Positions 8,301 through 18,594 of a DNA stretch of 63,374 nucleotides are shown here, piece by piece. The notes below the pieces were generated by a model, which was given only the letters and a program-made list of their open reading frames with translations, was not told where the DNA came from and did not search any database. The DNA comes from Acidimicrobiia bacterium (lineage in GTDB: Bacteria; Actinomycetota; Acidimicrobiia; IMCC26256; JACDBD01), in NCBI GenBank assembly GCA_035316025.1, contig DATFXL010000110.1:1-63374 (forward strand), in the 5' to 3' direction. Position numbers and translations under genes: made by a program. The first letter of the stretch is position 1. Every line of letters starts with the position of its first letter.

Positions 8301-8708
8301 TCAGGCGCTGCGGCGTTCCTGCACCAACCAGCTGTTGTCGTCGGGGTCGCTGAACGCCACGAACGACCCGTAGTCCTCGCGCTCGGGGTGGAGCCCGGAC
8401 TCCTGTCCCTCGGGCCCGAAGTAGAAGAAGTCGCTGACGTCGACCCCGCGCTCGTGCAACTCGGCACGGGCCGCCTCGATGTCGTCGACGACGAGGGTCG
8501 TCGCCTGCGCCGACCCGGGTGTGGCGGTGGTCAGACCCTTGCCGATGATGATCGAGCACGCCGACCCCGGCGGAGTCAGCTGCACGATGCGGAAGTTCTC
8601 GTTGGGCTGTGTGTCGACGTCGGCGCGGAAGCCGGCCTGCTCGTAGAAGGCCTTGGCACGGTCGACGTCGGCGACCGGCAGCACCACGACTTCGAGCTGG
8701 TAGTCCAT
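8301..8708 (-). CDS. VOC/glyoxalase family protein
   Basis: LEVVVLPVADVDRAKAFY, QLTPPGSACSI, FSDPDDNSWLVQE; SD GGAG. Confidence 0.9.
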   Translation of the reverse strand: MDYQLEVVVLPVADVDRAKAFYEQAGFRADVDTQPNENFRIVQLTPPGSACSIIIGKGLTTATPGSAQATTLVVDDIEAARAELHERGVDVSDFFYFGPEGQESGLHPEREDYGSFVAFSDPDDNSWLVQERRSA

Positions 8709-8727
8709 ACTCCGACCGTCCTCTCGC

Positions 8728-10362
8728 TCAGACGCCGACACGCTCGAGCGCCTGCTCGGCGAGGCGACGGGCGATGACCCGCAGGCAGAGGGTCTCGTCG
8801 GCACCCTCGAAGATCGAGAGCACCCGGGCGTCGACGAAGTACCTGGATACCGGGAACTCCTCCGCGTACCCCATGCCGCCATGCAGCTGCATCGCCTCGC
8901 GCGTCACCCATTCGGCGGCGCGGCACACATACGCCTTCACCATCGACGCCTGCAGCGCGCCTTCGCCCTTGGCCATCCGGCGCGCCACGTCGTACGCGAA
9001 CTGACGCCCGGCTTGGATCAGCACCGCCATGCGGGCGAGCTTGGCCTGGGTCAGCTGGTAGTCGAACACCGACTGGCCGAACACGCGGCGCTCCTGCGCG
9101 TACGCAAGCCCCGCTTCGAACGCGGCTTGCATGAGCCCAACGGCCCGGGCCGCCGTTTGCAGGCGACCGTTCTCGAACCCTTCCATCTGCAGGTAGAAGC
9201 CGCGCCCGAGCCCGGCCTCGCCGCCGACGAGGTTCTCGGCGGCCACGAGCCAGTCGTCGAAGGCGACCTCGTAGGAATGCATGCCGCGGTAGCCGAGCGT
9301 GTCGATGGCCCGTCCCTCCACCTTGCCCCCGCCCGGCTGCTCGAACGCGAAGGCGTGCCCGGAGGCCGGCTCCTTCTCGACGACGAACAACGACAACCCG
9401 CGGTGGCCGGACGTGCGATCGGGGTCGGTGCGGGCCAGCAGCATCAGGACGTTGGCCCGGCCCGCGAACGTCGCCCACGTCTTCACGCCGTTGATCCGGT
9501 ACCCGTCGTCACCCGAGGTGGCCGTCACCTTGATGTGGGCGACGTCGGAGCCGTAGTCGGGCTCTGTGACCATCACGCCGACCATGAGCTCGCCACTGGC
9601 GATGCCCGGTAACCACCGCTGCTTTTGCTCCTCGGTGCCGCCCTGCACGATGGCCCGGGTGAGGATCTCGGGCCGGGTGATGAGCGAGCCGCCGACGCCC
9701 AGCGAGCCCCACGACAGCTCTTCGGTGGCGACGACCATGCCGAGGTAGTCGTGCTCGCCCCCGGCGGCGAAGCCGCCGAACTCCTCGGGGACGGACAGGC
9801 CGAACCCGCCGATCTCGGCCAACCCGGCGATCACGTCCTCGGGGATGTCGGCGTTCGTGCGGTGGACGTGCTCGGCGACAGGCCGCACCTTCTCCTCGGC
9901 GAAACGGTGGAAGGTCTCGCGCACGAGCTCGAAGTCGTCGGACAAGTGCGTCGGCCCCGTGCCGTCCTTGGGGAGACGGGTTGCGATCGATTCGAGGAAC
10001 TCGGGCGAACGCCGGTCGGCAACGAAGTCGAGCGCGGGCGCGAGCACGTCAGCGGAAACGCCCCACACCTCCTCGCGCGCCACGATCCGGGCCGCGACGT
10101 CGGCCACCGCGTCGGCCACGAACGCGCCCGCCAGCATCGCCTCGAGCTCGCCGCGTCCGCCGTAGTCGAGCATCACGCGGCAGCCTTCGAGCGCGCTGGC
10201 GGCGTGGGCGAGGTCGTAGGCCAGGACCTGGTGCCGGTCGAGCTTGGCGACCGAGATGCGCCCGTCCTCGGAGGAGCCCGCCGCCAGATGCTCGGAAGCC
10301 GACGCCGTGAGGTCGGCTGCCGCGTCGACGGCGGCCGCGGCTGCTTCCAGACCAGCGCTCAT
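8728..10362 (-). CDS. Long-type acyl-CoA dehydrogenase, (2S)-methylsuccinyl-CoA dehydrogenase-like
   Basis: N-terminal extension (DGRISVAKLDRHQVLAYDLA), GSLITRPEI, TEPDYGSD, LGYRGMHSYE, RLQTAARAVG, SIFEGADE. Confidence 0.85.
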   Translation of the reverse strand: MSAGLEAAAAAVDAAADLTASASEHLAAGSSEDGRISVAKLDRHQVLAYDLAHAASALEGCRVMLDYGGRGELEAMLAGAFVADAVADVAARIVAREEVWGVSADVLAPALDFVADRRSPEFLESIATRLPKDGTGPTHLSDDFELVRETFHRFAEEKVRPVAEHVHRTNADIPEDVIAGLAEIGGFGLSVPEEFGGFAAGGEHDYLGMVVATEELSWGSLGVGGSLITRPEILTRAIVQGGTEEQKQRWLPGIASGELMVGVMVTEPDYGSDVAHIKVTATSGDDGYRINGVKTWATFAGRANVLMLLARTDPDRTSGHRGLSLFVVEKEPASGHAFAFEQPGGGKVEGRAIDTLGYRGMHSYEVAFDDWLVAAENLVGGEAGLGRGFYLQMEGFENGRLQTAARAVGLMQAAFEAGLAYAQERRVFGQSVFDYQLTQAKLARMAVLIQAGRQFAYDVARRMAKGEGALQASMVKAYVCRAAEWVTREAMQLHGGMGYAEEFPVSRYFVDARVLSIFEGADETLCLRVIARRLAEQALERVGV

Positions 10363-10453
10363 GCGGGGGAGACTAGCGACGGCCGCGCCGGCCTCCCTAC
10401 CCACCCGACGCAGGCCGGGACGACGCTGTGGACGGGCCTCGGCGCGCGCCGCG

Positions 10454-12319
10454 TTACGCGGGCTCCGCCGCCTGATCGAGTTGCGTGCGGTAGAGGTCGG
10501 CGTAGAGGCCGCGGTGGCGCAGCAGGTCTCCGTGCCGGCCCTGCTCCACGATGCGGCCGTCGTCCATGACGAGGATGCGGTCGGCGTTCACGATGGTCGA
10601 CAGCCGGTGCGCGATCACGAGCGCGGTGCGGCCGTGCAGGGCTTCGGCGAGCGCACGCTGGATCGCAAGCTCCGACTCGGAGTCGAGGTGTGATGTCGCC
10701 TCGTCGAGGATCACGATCGCCGGGTCCTTCAGGAGCATCCGGGCGATGGCGAGACGCTGCTTCTCGCCGCCGGACATCCGGTACCCGCGTTCGCCGACGA
10801 TCGTTCCGTACCCCTCGGGGAGGCTCATGATCAGGTCGTTGATTCGGGCCGCCTTGCACGCGGCGACGAGCTCGTCGTCGGTGGCGTCGGGGCGTGCGTA
10901 GCGCAGGTTGTTGCTGATCGTGTCGTGGAACAGGTGCGGGTCCTGCATGACGAATCCAACCGCGTCGCGCAGCGAGTCGAGGGTGAGGTCGCGCACGTCG
11001 TGCCCGTCGACCAGCACCCGGCCTTCGCTCACGTCGGCGATTCGCGGGACGAGCATGGCCGTGGTCGTCTTGCCGGCTCCCGATGGCCCGACCAACGCGA
11101 TCAGCTCGCCCGGCTCGACCGCGAGCGACACGTCACGCAGGATCCACCCAGCGTCGTCGTCCGCTACGACCACGCCCTCTTCGAGGGACGCGAGGGACGT
11201 CACTGCGGCGGGCGGGTGGCGGAACCACACGTGCTCGAGCTCGACGCGCCCCTTCGGCGCGACCAGGTCGACGGCGCCCGGCCGGTTGGTCACGAGCGGC
11301 TCGAAGTCGAGCACCTCGAAGACCCGCTCGAACGAGACCAGCGCCGTCAGCACGTCGACGCGAGCGTTGGTGAGCTGTGTGAGCGGCTGGTAGATCTGGC
11401 TCACGTAGATGACGAAGGCGGCCACGGTCCCGATCGACAAGCTGCCAGAGATCACGAGGTTGCCGCCGACGAAGTAGACGACCGCGGTGCCGACGGCGGC
11501 GACGAAACCCAACGCGACGAACAGCACCCGTGAGTACATGGCAGTGGACACGCCGATGCCGCGGACACGCTCGGCACGGCTCTCGAACTGGTCGAGCTCC
11601 CGGTGGTGTTTCCCGAACAGCTTGACGACGAGCGCCCCGGCCACGTTGAACCGCTCGGCGATGGTGTTGTTCATCGACGCGTTCAACTGCATGCCCTCAC
11701 GGGTGATGCGCTGGAGGCGGCGCCCGATGCGCCGGGCCGGGATGATGAACGCCGGGAGCACGAGCAGCGTCAGGACCGTGAGCCGCCACTCGAGCCCGAG
11801 CATCACCGCCAGCGTCACGCCGATCGAGATGACGTTGCCGACCACCGTCCCCAGCGTGTTTGTGATGGCCTGCTGGGCGCCGATCACGTCGTTGTTCATG
11901 CGCGACATGAGGGCGCCGGTCTGGGTGCGGGTGAAGAAGGAGACGGGCATCCGCTGGATGTGGTCGAAGAGCTTCACCCGCATGGTGAAGATGAGGCCCT
12001 CGCCGATCCGGGCCGAGTACCAGCGTTGCCAGAGGCTCAGCAGGGCGTTCGCGACGGCGAGGCCGACGGCACCGACGGCGAGCCAGGCAACGAGGGTCCG
12101 GTTCTTCTCGGGCACCGCCGTGTCGAGCAGGGCCCGGAAGAGCAGGGGCGGGAGGACGGTCGTGATCGAGGCCGCGACCGCGGTGGCGAGGAACCCCACG
12201 AGGAGCCACCGGTAGGGGTGGGCCAGGCGGAGGACGCGCCGCATGAGCTTCCACTCGACGTGCTTGCCCGCGACCTCGTCCGGATCGCGGCGAAAGCCGC
12301 GTAGCGCTCCGTACATCAT
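10454..12319 (-). CDS. ABC exporter half-transporter (TMD+NBD)
   Basis: TM helices, GPSGAGKTT, MSGGEKQR, ILDEATS, IAHRLST. Confidence 0.93.
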   Translation of the reverse strand: MMYGALRGFRRDPDEVAGKHVEWKLMRRVLRLAHPYRWLLVGFLATAVAASITTVLPPLLFRALLDTAVPEKNRTLVAWLAVGAVGLAVANALLSLWQRWYSARIGEGLIFTMRVKLFDHIQRMPVSFFTRTQTGALMSRMNNDVIGAQQAITNTLGTVVGNVISIGVTLAVMLGLEWRLTVLTLLVLPAFIIPARRIGRRLQRITREGMQLNASMNNTIAERFNVAGALVVKLFGKHHRELDQFESRAERVRGIGVSTAMYSRVLFVALGFVAAVGTAVVYFVGGNLVISGSLSIGTVAAFVIYVSQIYQPLTQLTNARVDVLTALVSFERVFEVLDFEPLVTNRPGAVDLVAPKGRVELEHVWFRHPPAAVTSLASLEEGVVVADDDAGWILRDVSLAVEPGELIALVGPSGAGKTTTAMLVPRIADVSEGRVLVDGHDVRDLTLDSLRDAVGFVMQDPHLFHDTISNNLRYARPDATDDELVAACKAARINDLIMSLPEGYGTIVGERGYRMSGGEKQRLAIARMLLKDPAIVILDEATSHLDSESELAIQRALAEALHGRTALVIAHRLSTIVNADRILVMDDGRIVEQGRHGDLLRHRGLYADLYRTQLDQAAEPA

Positions 12320-12441
12320 CGTTGCGATCCAACCTACCGGTGAACGACCTGATTCCCTCGGGGATCGGCCGTCGCGTCGTGGCGCGGCCGTGGGAGAATG
12401 CCGCCCGTGATCTCCGGGCGGGGATGCACCGAGGCACATCC

Positions 12442-15078
12442 GTGAACACGGCGACATGGCCGCTGGTCGGCAGGGTCAGTGAGCTCACGCAGGTGGCGGC
12501 GGCCATGGACGGCCCGGCCGGCGGTGTCCTGTTCGCGGGGCCGGCCGGCGTCGGCAAGACCCGCCTGGCCGTCGAGTGTCTGGGCCTGGCTTCCCGGCGT
12601 GGGTGCCGCACGGCCCACGTTCGGGCCAACCGCAGCTCGGCGACCATTCCGTACGGCGCGTTCGCGGCCCTGCTCCCCACCGCGACGAGCAGGGAGCCCG
12701 AGAGCCGGGGTGATCTGCTGCGCTCCTTCGCCGAGTCGATCCTCGACGACGCCGAGGGCCGGCGGCTGATGCTCGTCATCGACGACGCCCAGGACCTCGA
12801 CGACGCGTCGGCGGCGCTGCTCCTGCACCTCGTTCTGCACGGCGGCGTGTTCCCCGTCGTGACGCTGCGCACCGGCGAGCCGGCGCCCGAGTCCGTCGTC
12901 ATGCTCTGGAAGGACGAGCTGCTCGACCGCATCGAGGTGTCGCCGTTGACGGTCGCCGACGTGGCCATGCTCGCGGCCGACGTGCTCGGCGGCCCCGTCG
13001 ACGGCACCACGGTGCACGCGCTGCGCACCACGAGTGGCGGCAATGTTCTGTTCCTCCGCGAGCTGATCCTCTCGGCCGTCGCGTCCGGGTCGCTCACCGA
13101 CGTCCGCGGCATGTGGCGGCTGCAGGGGTCGCTCTCGGCGTCGGCGAGACTGACCGAGCTCGTCCGCATGCGCCTGGGCACGCTCGACGAAGCCGAGCGC
13201 CACGCGCTGGAGGTCGTCAGCGTGGGCGAGCCCGTCTCGTTCCCGACCATCGCCGCCCTCACCGATCGCGCGTGCATCGAGGATCTCGAGGTGCGCGCCC
13301 TCGTCGACATCGAGGCCGACGGCAGCTCCGGGCAGGTGCGGATGGCGCACCCGCTCTACGGCGAGGTGCTGCGCGCCGAGCTGCCGTCCGGCCGGTACCG
13401 GCGGATCTGCCGCCTGCTCGCAGACGCGATCGAGGGCGCCGGCGAGCTGTCTGCCGAGGACGCGCTGCGGGTGGGGGTGTGGCGTCTCGAGAGCGGCGAC
13501 ACCGAGCACGCTCACCTCCTGATGACAGCGGCGCAGCAAGCCGCCTTCGCGTTCGACTTCCCGCTGGCCCGCCGGCTCGCATCTGCAGCATGGGACGCGG
13601 GCGCCGGCATCGAGGCGGGTCACCTGCTGGGCAACATGCTCGACACCATCGGCGACCACGACGCCGCCGAGGAGGTGCTGCGCGCGATCGAGTCCGACGC
13701 GCGCAACGACGAGGAGCGGGTGCAGATCTCCGAGGCGCGGGTCGGCAACCTGTTCCGGGGCCTGGGCCGGACCGAGGAGGCCGAAGAGGTCACGCTGGCG
13801 GCCGAGCGCGCCGTCGGCGACCCCGACCTGCGCGCCGAGCTGACTGCCCAGCGCGCCGTCCACGCCGTGTTCGCCGCCGAAACGGGCGAGGCGCTTGCCC
13901 TCTCCGAGCCGTTGCTCGACGAGACGCGCCACCCGGCACGCGTCGTCGTGAAGGCCGCGCTGGCCGCGGGAACTGCGTTCGCGCTCGCGGGCCGCACCTC
14001 CGACGCCATCCGGGTCGCCGACCGCGCCTTCGAGCTGCGCATGGAGCTCGGGAACCAGATCCAGATGGCGGGGCCTGGCGTGTACCTCGTGGCGCGCGCC
14101 CTGGCGCTCACCGAGGCGGGTCGCCTGGAAGAGGCGGAGGCGACCGCCGAGGCGGGGTACGACGGCGCCGTCGAGTCGCAGGTCCTCGAGGGCCAGGGGT
14201 GGTTCACCGTGATGTTGGGCCGCACGTGCCTGCTGCAGGGCCGCGTCGAGACCGCGGCCCGGTGGCTGCGCGAGGCGGCCGTGCTGTGGGGCGAGCTCGC
14301 GCACCCGAGCGCCCGTTGGGGCTTCGGCGGTCTCGCGCACGCCCTCGCGCTGCAGGGTGACATGGACGGCGCCGAGGCCGCGCTCGAGGACCTCGACGCC
14401 GAGCCGCCGACACCCATCCGCATGATGGACGTCGACATCGAACGCGGGCGTGCGTGGTACACGTGGCTGCGGGGTGAGCACGCCCGGGCGCTCGGCATGT
14501 TGCACGCCGCCGCCGACGCCGGTGTCGACAGCGGTCAGTACGCCCTCGCCGCCGGCGCCTTCCACGATCTCGCCCGGTTGGGCGAACCGGCGGAGGCGGT
14601 GGTGCACCTCGAGCGCGTCGCCGAGCACGTCGACGGACAGCTCATGCCGGCGCGACTCGCACACGCGACTGCGCTCAGCAAGAGCGACGCACCCGGGCTC
14701 GACGACGCTTCGGAGGCGTTCGAGGCCATTGGCGGCTGGCTGTCCGCCGCGGAGGCCGCCACCCAGGCGTCGACCCTGTACGGGCGCGAAGGACTGCGGC
14801 GGCGGGCGTCGGCGGCTGCGCAGCGGGCGCGCACGCTGGCCGAGCGCTGCGAAGGCGCGCGTAGCCCTGCACTCGAGACCGAGGCGCAGCCCGCCGCGCT
14901 CACGAAGCGCGAGCGAGAGGTGGCCATGCTGGCGGCGCGCGGTCTGACCAGCCGCGAGATCGCCGAGAAGATCGTCGTGTCGACGCGCACGGTCGAGAAC
15001 CACCTGCAGCGCGCCTACGAGAAGCTCGGCGTCAGCGCCCGCGCCGACCTCGCCGCCGCCTTGGGGAACGACGCCTAG
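12442..15078 (+). CDS. Large ATP-binding LuxR-family transcriptional regulator (AAA + TPR-like + HTH)
   Basis: LVGR, GPAGVGKT, VIDDAQ, SGGNVLFLRE; C-terminal LTKREREVAMLAARGLTSREIAEKIVVSTRTVENHL. Confidence 0.92.
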   Translation: MNTATWPLVGRVSELTQVAAAMDGPAGGVLFAGPAGVGKTRLAVECLGLASRRGCRTAHVRANRSSATIPYGAFAALLPTATSREPESRGDLLRSFAESILDDAEGRRLMLVIDDAQDLDDASAALLLHLVLHGGVFPVVTLRTGEPAPESVVMLWKDELLDRIEVSPLTVADVAMLAADVLGGPVDGTTVHALRTTSGGNVLFLRELILSAVASGSLTDVRGMWRLQGSLSASARLTELVRMRLGTLDEAERHALEVVSVGEPVSFPTIAALTDRACIEDLEVRALVDIEADGSSGQVRMAHPLYGEVLRAELPSGRYRRICRLLADAIEGAGELSAEDALRVGVWRLESGDTEHAHLLMTAAQQAAFAFDFPLARRLASAAWDAGAGIEAGHLLGNMLDTIGDHDAAEEVLRAIESDARNDEERVQISEARVGNLFRGLGRTEEAEEVTLAAERAVGDPDLRAELTAQRAVHAVFAAETGEALALSEPLLDETRHPARVVVKAALAAGTAFALAGRTSDAIRVADRAFELRMELGNQIQMAGPGVYLVARALALTEAGRLEEAEATAEAGYDGAVESQVLEGQGWFTVMLGRTCLLQGRVETAARWLREAAVLWGELAHPSARWGFGGLAHALALQGDMDGAEAALEDLDAEPPTPIRMMDVDIERGRAWYTWLRGEHARALGMLHAAADAGVDSGQYALAAGAFHDLARLGEPAEAVVHLERVAEHVDGQLMPARLAHATALSKSDAPGLDDASEAFEAIGGWLSAAEAATQASTLYGREGLRRRASAAAQRARTLAERCEGARSPALETEAQPAALTKREREVAMLAARGLTSREIAEKIVVSTRTVENHLQRAYEKLGVSARADLAAALGNDA

Positions 15079-15087
15079 GCTCGACGC

Positions 15088-16242
15088 GTGGTGACAGATC
15101 CTGAGGTGCGGGCCGAGCTCGTCGGGACCGTTCGCCGCTTCGTGGAGCGGGAAGTCGTGCCGGTCGCGTCGGGGCTCGAGCACGCCGACGAGTATCCGGC
15201 TGCGATCGTCGACGGGATGCGCGAGCTCGGGCTGTTCGGCGTGACCATCCCCGAGGAGTTCGGCGGCCTGGGCCTCGACCTGCCGACCTACTGCGGCGTG
15301 ATCGAGGAGCTGTCGGCGGGGTGGATGTCGTTGTCGGGCGTCCTGAACACACATGTCATGACGGCGAACCTGCTCAAGGCGAGCGGGACCGACGAGCAGC
15401 GCAAGCGCTGGCTCCCGCGCCTCGCTGCCGGCGAGATCCGGGGCGCGCTCTCGCTGTCGGAGCCGGACGCCGGGAGCGACACGAGCGCCATCACGTGCCG
15501 CGCCGCGCGCGACGGCGACGAGTACCGGATCACCGGCACGAAGATGTGGGTGACGAACGGTCAGCGCGCCGGTCTCATCGCGCTCGCGGCCCGCACAGAC
15601 GAGGGCATCACCTGCTTCATGGTCGAGAAGGACCCCGGTGCCGCGCGATTCGGCGGCATCACGGTGAGTCGCAACATCGGGAAGCTCGGCTACAAGGGTA
15701 TCGAGACCGTCGAGATGACCTACGTGGACCATCGCGTCGACGCCGACTGTGTGCTCGGCCGCGACGACGGCCTCGGCCGCGGTCAGCACTTCATCCTGTC
15801 CGCGCTCGAGGTGGGGCGCATCAACATCGCGGCCCGGGCGGTCGGGGTGGCGCGCGCCGCCTTCGAGGCTGCAGTCACGTACGCGCAGCAACGGGAGACG
15901 TTCGGCAAACCGATCGCCCAGCACCAGGCCATCCAGATGAAGCTCGCCGACATGGGCACGCAGCTCCACGCGGCGCGTCTGATGACGTTGGACGCCGCGG
16001 CGCGCAAGGAGGCGGGGGAGCGGACCGACGTCGAGGCCGGGATGGCGAAGCTGTTCGCGAGCGAGGCCGCGTTCGAGATCGCAGCGGAGTCGATGCGCAT
16101 CCATGGCGGCGTCGGCTACACGACCGAGCTGCCGGTCGAGCGCTACTACCGCGATGCCCCGCTCATGATCATCGGCGAGGGCACGAACGAGATCCAACGC
16201 CTCGTGATCGCGCGCGGCCTGCTCGAACGCCACCGGATCTGA
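15088..16242 (+). CDS. Acyl-CoA dehydrogenase (resembles actinobacterial methylsuccinyl-CoA dehydrogenases)
   Basis: [44 protein letters not shown]. Confidence 0.9.
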   Translation: MVTDPEVRAELVGTVRRFVEREVVPVASGLEHADEYPAAIVDGMRELGLFGVTIPEEFGGLGLDLPTYCGVIEELSAGWMSLSGVLNTHVMTANLLKASGTDEQRKRWLPRLAAGEIRGALSLSEPDAGSDTSAITCRAARDGDEYRITGTKMWVTNGQRAGLIALAARTDEGITCFMVEKDPGAARFGGITVSRNIGKLGYKGIETVEMTYVDHRVDADCVLGRDDGLGRGQHFILSALEVGRINIAARAVGVARAAFEAAVTYAQQRETFGKPIAQHQAIQMKLADMGTQLHAARLMTLDAAARKEAGERTDVEAGMAKLFASEAAFEIAAESMRIHGGVGYTTELPVERYYRDAPLMIIGEGTNEIQRLVIARGLLERHRI

Positions 16243-16246
16243 TCGG

Positions 16247-16690
16247 ATGGCGGAGTACGGCGCGCGTACGGGGCCGGAAGCCGTCCGGCGGTTCAACGAG
16301 GAGCCGGGGTGGGGGCAGTTCCCGTCGATGATCGGGCTCGAGGTGCTCGAAGTCGAGCGCGATCGCATCCGGGGCCGGCTCGAGACGACGGAGCGGCTGA
16401 TCGCGGGAACCGGGTACCTGTGGGCGCCGGTCGTGGTGGGCCTCGCTGACGCGCTGTGCGCGGCCGGTACGGGCATCAACATCCCGGACGGCGCAACGTT
16501 CACCACCGTCGAGCTGAAGACGAACTTCGTCGGCAGCGCCCGGCCCGGTGACGTCGTGAGCGGCGAGGCCGTCCCCGCCCACCTCGGGCGGACGACTCAC
16601 GTGTGGGACGTCGCGGTGACGAACGAGTCGACCGGCCGCACCATCGCCCTGCAGCGCTGCACGCAGATGGTGCTGTACCCGCGGGCTTGA
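16247..16690 (+). CDS. PaaI-family hot-dog thioesterase
   Basis: TTVELKTNFVGSA, HLGRTTHVWDV. Confidence 0.88.
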   Translation: MAEYGARTGPEAVRRFNEEPGWGQFPSMIGLEVLEVERDRIRGRLETTERLIAGTGYLWAPVVVGLADALCAAGTGINIPDGATFTTVELKTNFVGSARPGDVVSGEAVPAHLGRTTHVWDVAVTNESTGRTIALQRCTQMVLYPRA

Positions 16691-16745
16691 CGTCCGCGGG
16701 TTGGACGGTCGTGGGGACGAACCGCGATCGCGATCTCGTGCCGCC

Positions 16746-17063
16746 CTAGAAGGCGAGGCCGGGGAAGTCCTTGGCGAGGACGGGCTCGCCGAGGACGAGC
16801 TCGCTCTCGGCGATGAGAGGTCCGAGGACAGGCATCGCCTGAGCCATGGCGTCGCTGGCGCCGTGAGCAGCGAACGCGTCCTCGTCGGCGTACAGCTCCG
16901 CGAACCAGAACACGTCGGGGTCGTCCTTGGCCCGGTTCATGACGTACAGGAGGGTGCCCGGCTCGTCGCGGACCTGGTCGATGATCGGCTCGAACGCGGC
17001 GACGACCTCGTCGCCCTTTCCATCTTTCGCCGTGAACCTGGCGAGCAACGCGACCTGCGGCAT
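16746..17063 (-). CDS. Antibiotic-biosynthesis-monooxygenase (ABM) domain protein
   Basis: EPGTLLY...DPDVFWFAELYADEDAFAAH. Confidence 0.85.
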   Translation of the reverse strand: MPQVALLARFTAKDGKGDEVVAAFEPIIDQVRDEPGTLLYVMNRAKDDPDVFWFAELYADEDAFAAHGASDAMAQAMPVLGPLIAESELVLGEPVLAKDFPGLAF

Positions 17064-17114
17064 GGGGGCTCCCTCTCCTTACTCTCTACCGGGCGGGATC
17101 GTAAGCTCCATGAG

Positions 17115-17621
17115 ATGACGGTGCACGAGCGGCCCTTCGGGCGATACTTCGAGGACTTCGAAACCGGCGACGTGTACAAGCACTGGCCGGGCAAGACGAT
17201 CACCGAGTACGACGATCATCTCTTCTGCATGATCACGATGAACCACCACCCGTTGCACACGGACGCGTGGTACGCCGAGACCCAGACGCAGTTCGGCCGG
17301 AACGTCGTCGTCGGCAATCTGGTGTATTCGCTCGTGCTCGGGATGAGCGTGCCCGACGTGAGCGGCGTCGCCATCGCCAACTTGGAGGTCGAGGAGCTGA
17401 AGCACAAGATGCCGACGTTCCACGGCGACACCATCTACGCCGAGACGACCGTCTTGGACAAGAAGGAGTCCGGCAGCAAACGCGACCGCGGCGTCGTGGG
17501 GGTCGAGACGCGCGGGTTCAATCAGCGGGGCGAAGAGGTGTGCTACTTCCGCCGCAAGGTGATGGTGCCGAAGCGGGAGGCGGCGAAGCCCCGGCAGCGT
17601 CCCTTCACGACGGCGGAGTGA
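17115..17621 (+). CDS. MaoC-family dehydratase (candidate mesaconyl-CoA hydratase)
   Basis: GRYFEDFETGDVYKHWPGKTITEYDDHLFCMITMNHHPLH...PTFHGDT. Confidence 0.88.
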   Translation: MTVHERPFGRYFEDFETGDVYKHWPGKTITEYDDHLFCMITMNHHPLHTDAWYAETQTQFGRNVVVGNLVYSLVLGMSVPDVSGVAIANLEVEELKHKMPTFHGDTIYAETTVLDKKESGSKRDRGVVGVETRGFNQRGEEVCYFRRKVMVPKREAAKPRQRPFTTAE

Positions 17622-18034
17622 CCGCCGGCTGCAAGTTCTGCCAGATCATCGAAGGTGAGATCCCGGCCCACGTCGTGCTCGACGACGAAGACGTCGTGGC
17701 GTTCCTCGACCACCGGCCGCTCTTTCCCGGCCACACGCTCGTCCTGCCCCGTGACCACATCGAGACCTTCGCCGACCTCCCGGCGGACCGCGTCGGTCCC
17801 TTCTTCCGGCAGGTGCAACGGGTCGAGGGCGCGGTGCGGGCGGCGATGGAGTCGCCGGGGAGCTTCGTGGCCGAGAACAACGTCGTGAGCCAGAGCGTCC
17901 CCCACCTGCACGTCCACGTCGTCCCCCGGCGGCAGAAGGACGGGCTGCGGGGCTTCTTCTGGCCCCGTACCCGGTACGTCAGCGACGCGCAGGCGGCGGC
18001 GGTGGCGGCTGGCATACGGGCTCGTTTGGTGTAA
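17618..18034 (+). CDS. HIT family hydrolase
   Basis: CKFC, FLDHRPLFPGHTLV, QSVPHLHVHVVPR; GTGA overlap with the upstream gene. Confidence 0.92.
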   Translation: MTAGCKFCQIIEGEIPAHVVLDDEDVVAFLDHRPLFPGHTLVLPRDHIETFADLPADRVGPFFRQVQRVEGAVRAAMESPGSFVAENNVVSQSVPHLHVHVVPRRQKDGLRGFFWPRTRYVSDAQAAAVAAGIRARLV

Positions 18035-18044
18035 TGTTGTAATC

Positions 18045-18569
18045 ATGAAACAAGTCACCAGCACCACACAGGGTTGGTTCGTCGGCCGGCTGCCCGACGG
18101 CTGGTTCTCGGAGCCGCCGGAGATCACCTACGACCGAGACGAGATCCTCGTCGTCGGCACTCTCCCGGAGCCCGAGGGGGCCAAGGGCGCGGACACCGAG
18201 GCCCAAGCCGCCGCCCGGCAGGCGCGGATCGAGGCCTTCCGCGAGGAGACCCGCCAGCAGCGCATGCGCATCGCCGACGACGCCGAGGGCAAGTTCGGCC
18301 GCAAGGTGGCGTGGGGCGTCGAGTGCGGCGGCGAGCGGGAGATCTTCACCACGCTCAGCATCCCGGTGATGACCCGGCTGCGCATGGGCGAGCGGGCCGT
18401 GCTCGACACGCTCGTCGAGGCGAACGTCGCCCGCAGCCGCAGCGAGGCCCTCGCGTGGTGCGTGCAGCTCGTGCGCGAGCACGAGGGCGACTGGATCCAA
18501 CAGTTGCGAGACGCGCTCGCGCACGTCGACGAGGCCCGCGCCGCCGGTCCCGAAGCGACCTCGGCCTGA
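18045..18569 (+). CDS. Conserved actinobacterial hypothetical protein with C-terminal ribbon-helix-helix-like segment
   Basis: GWFVGRLPDGWF...DRDEI; PVMTRLRMGERAVLDTLVEANVARSRSEALAWCV. Confidence 0.7.
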   Translation: MKQVTSTTQGWFVGRLPDGWFSEPPEITYDRDEILVVGTLPEPEGAKGADTEAQAAARQARIEAFREETRQQRMRIADDAEGKFGRKVAWGVECGGEREIFTTLSIPVMTRLRMGERAVLDTLVEANVARSRSEALAWCVQLVREHEGDWIQQLRDALAHVDEARAAGPEATSA

Positions 18570-18594
18570 CTCACCGTTCTGCCAGACTCGGCCG

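Noticed and set aside
12334-16506. 1390-aa minus-strand ORF
   Set aside because: Antisense shadow of the LuxR regulator, dehydrogenase and thioesterase; high GC3 suppresses stops and no motifs are present
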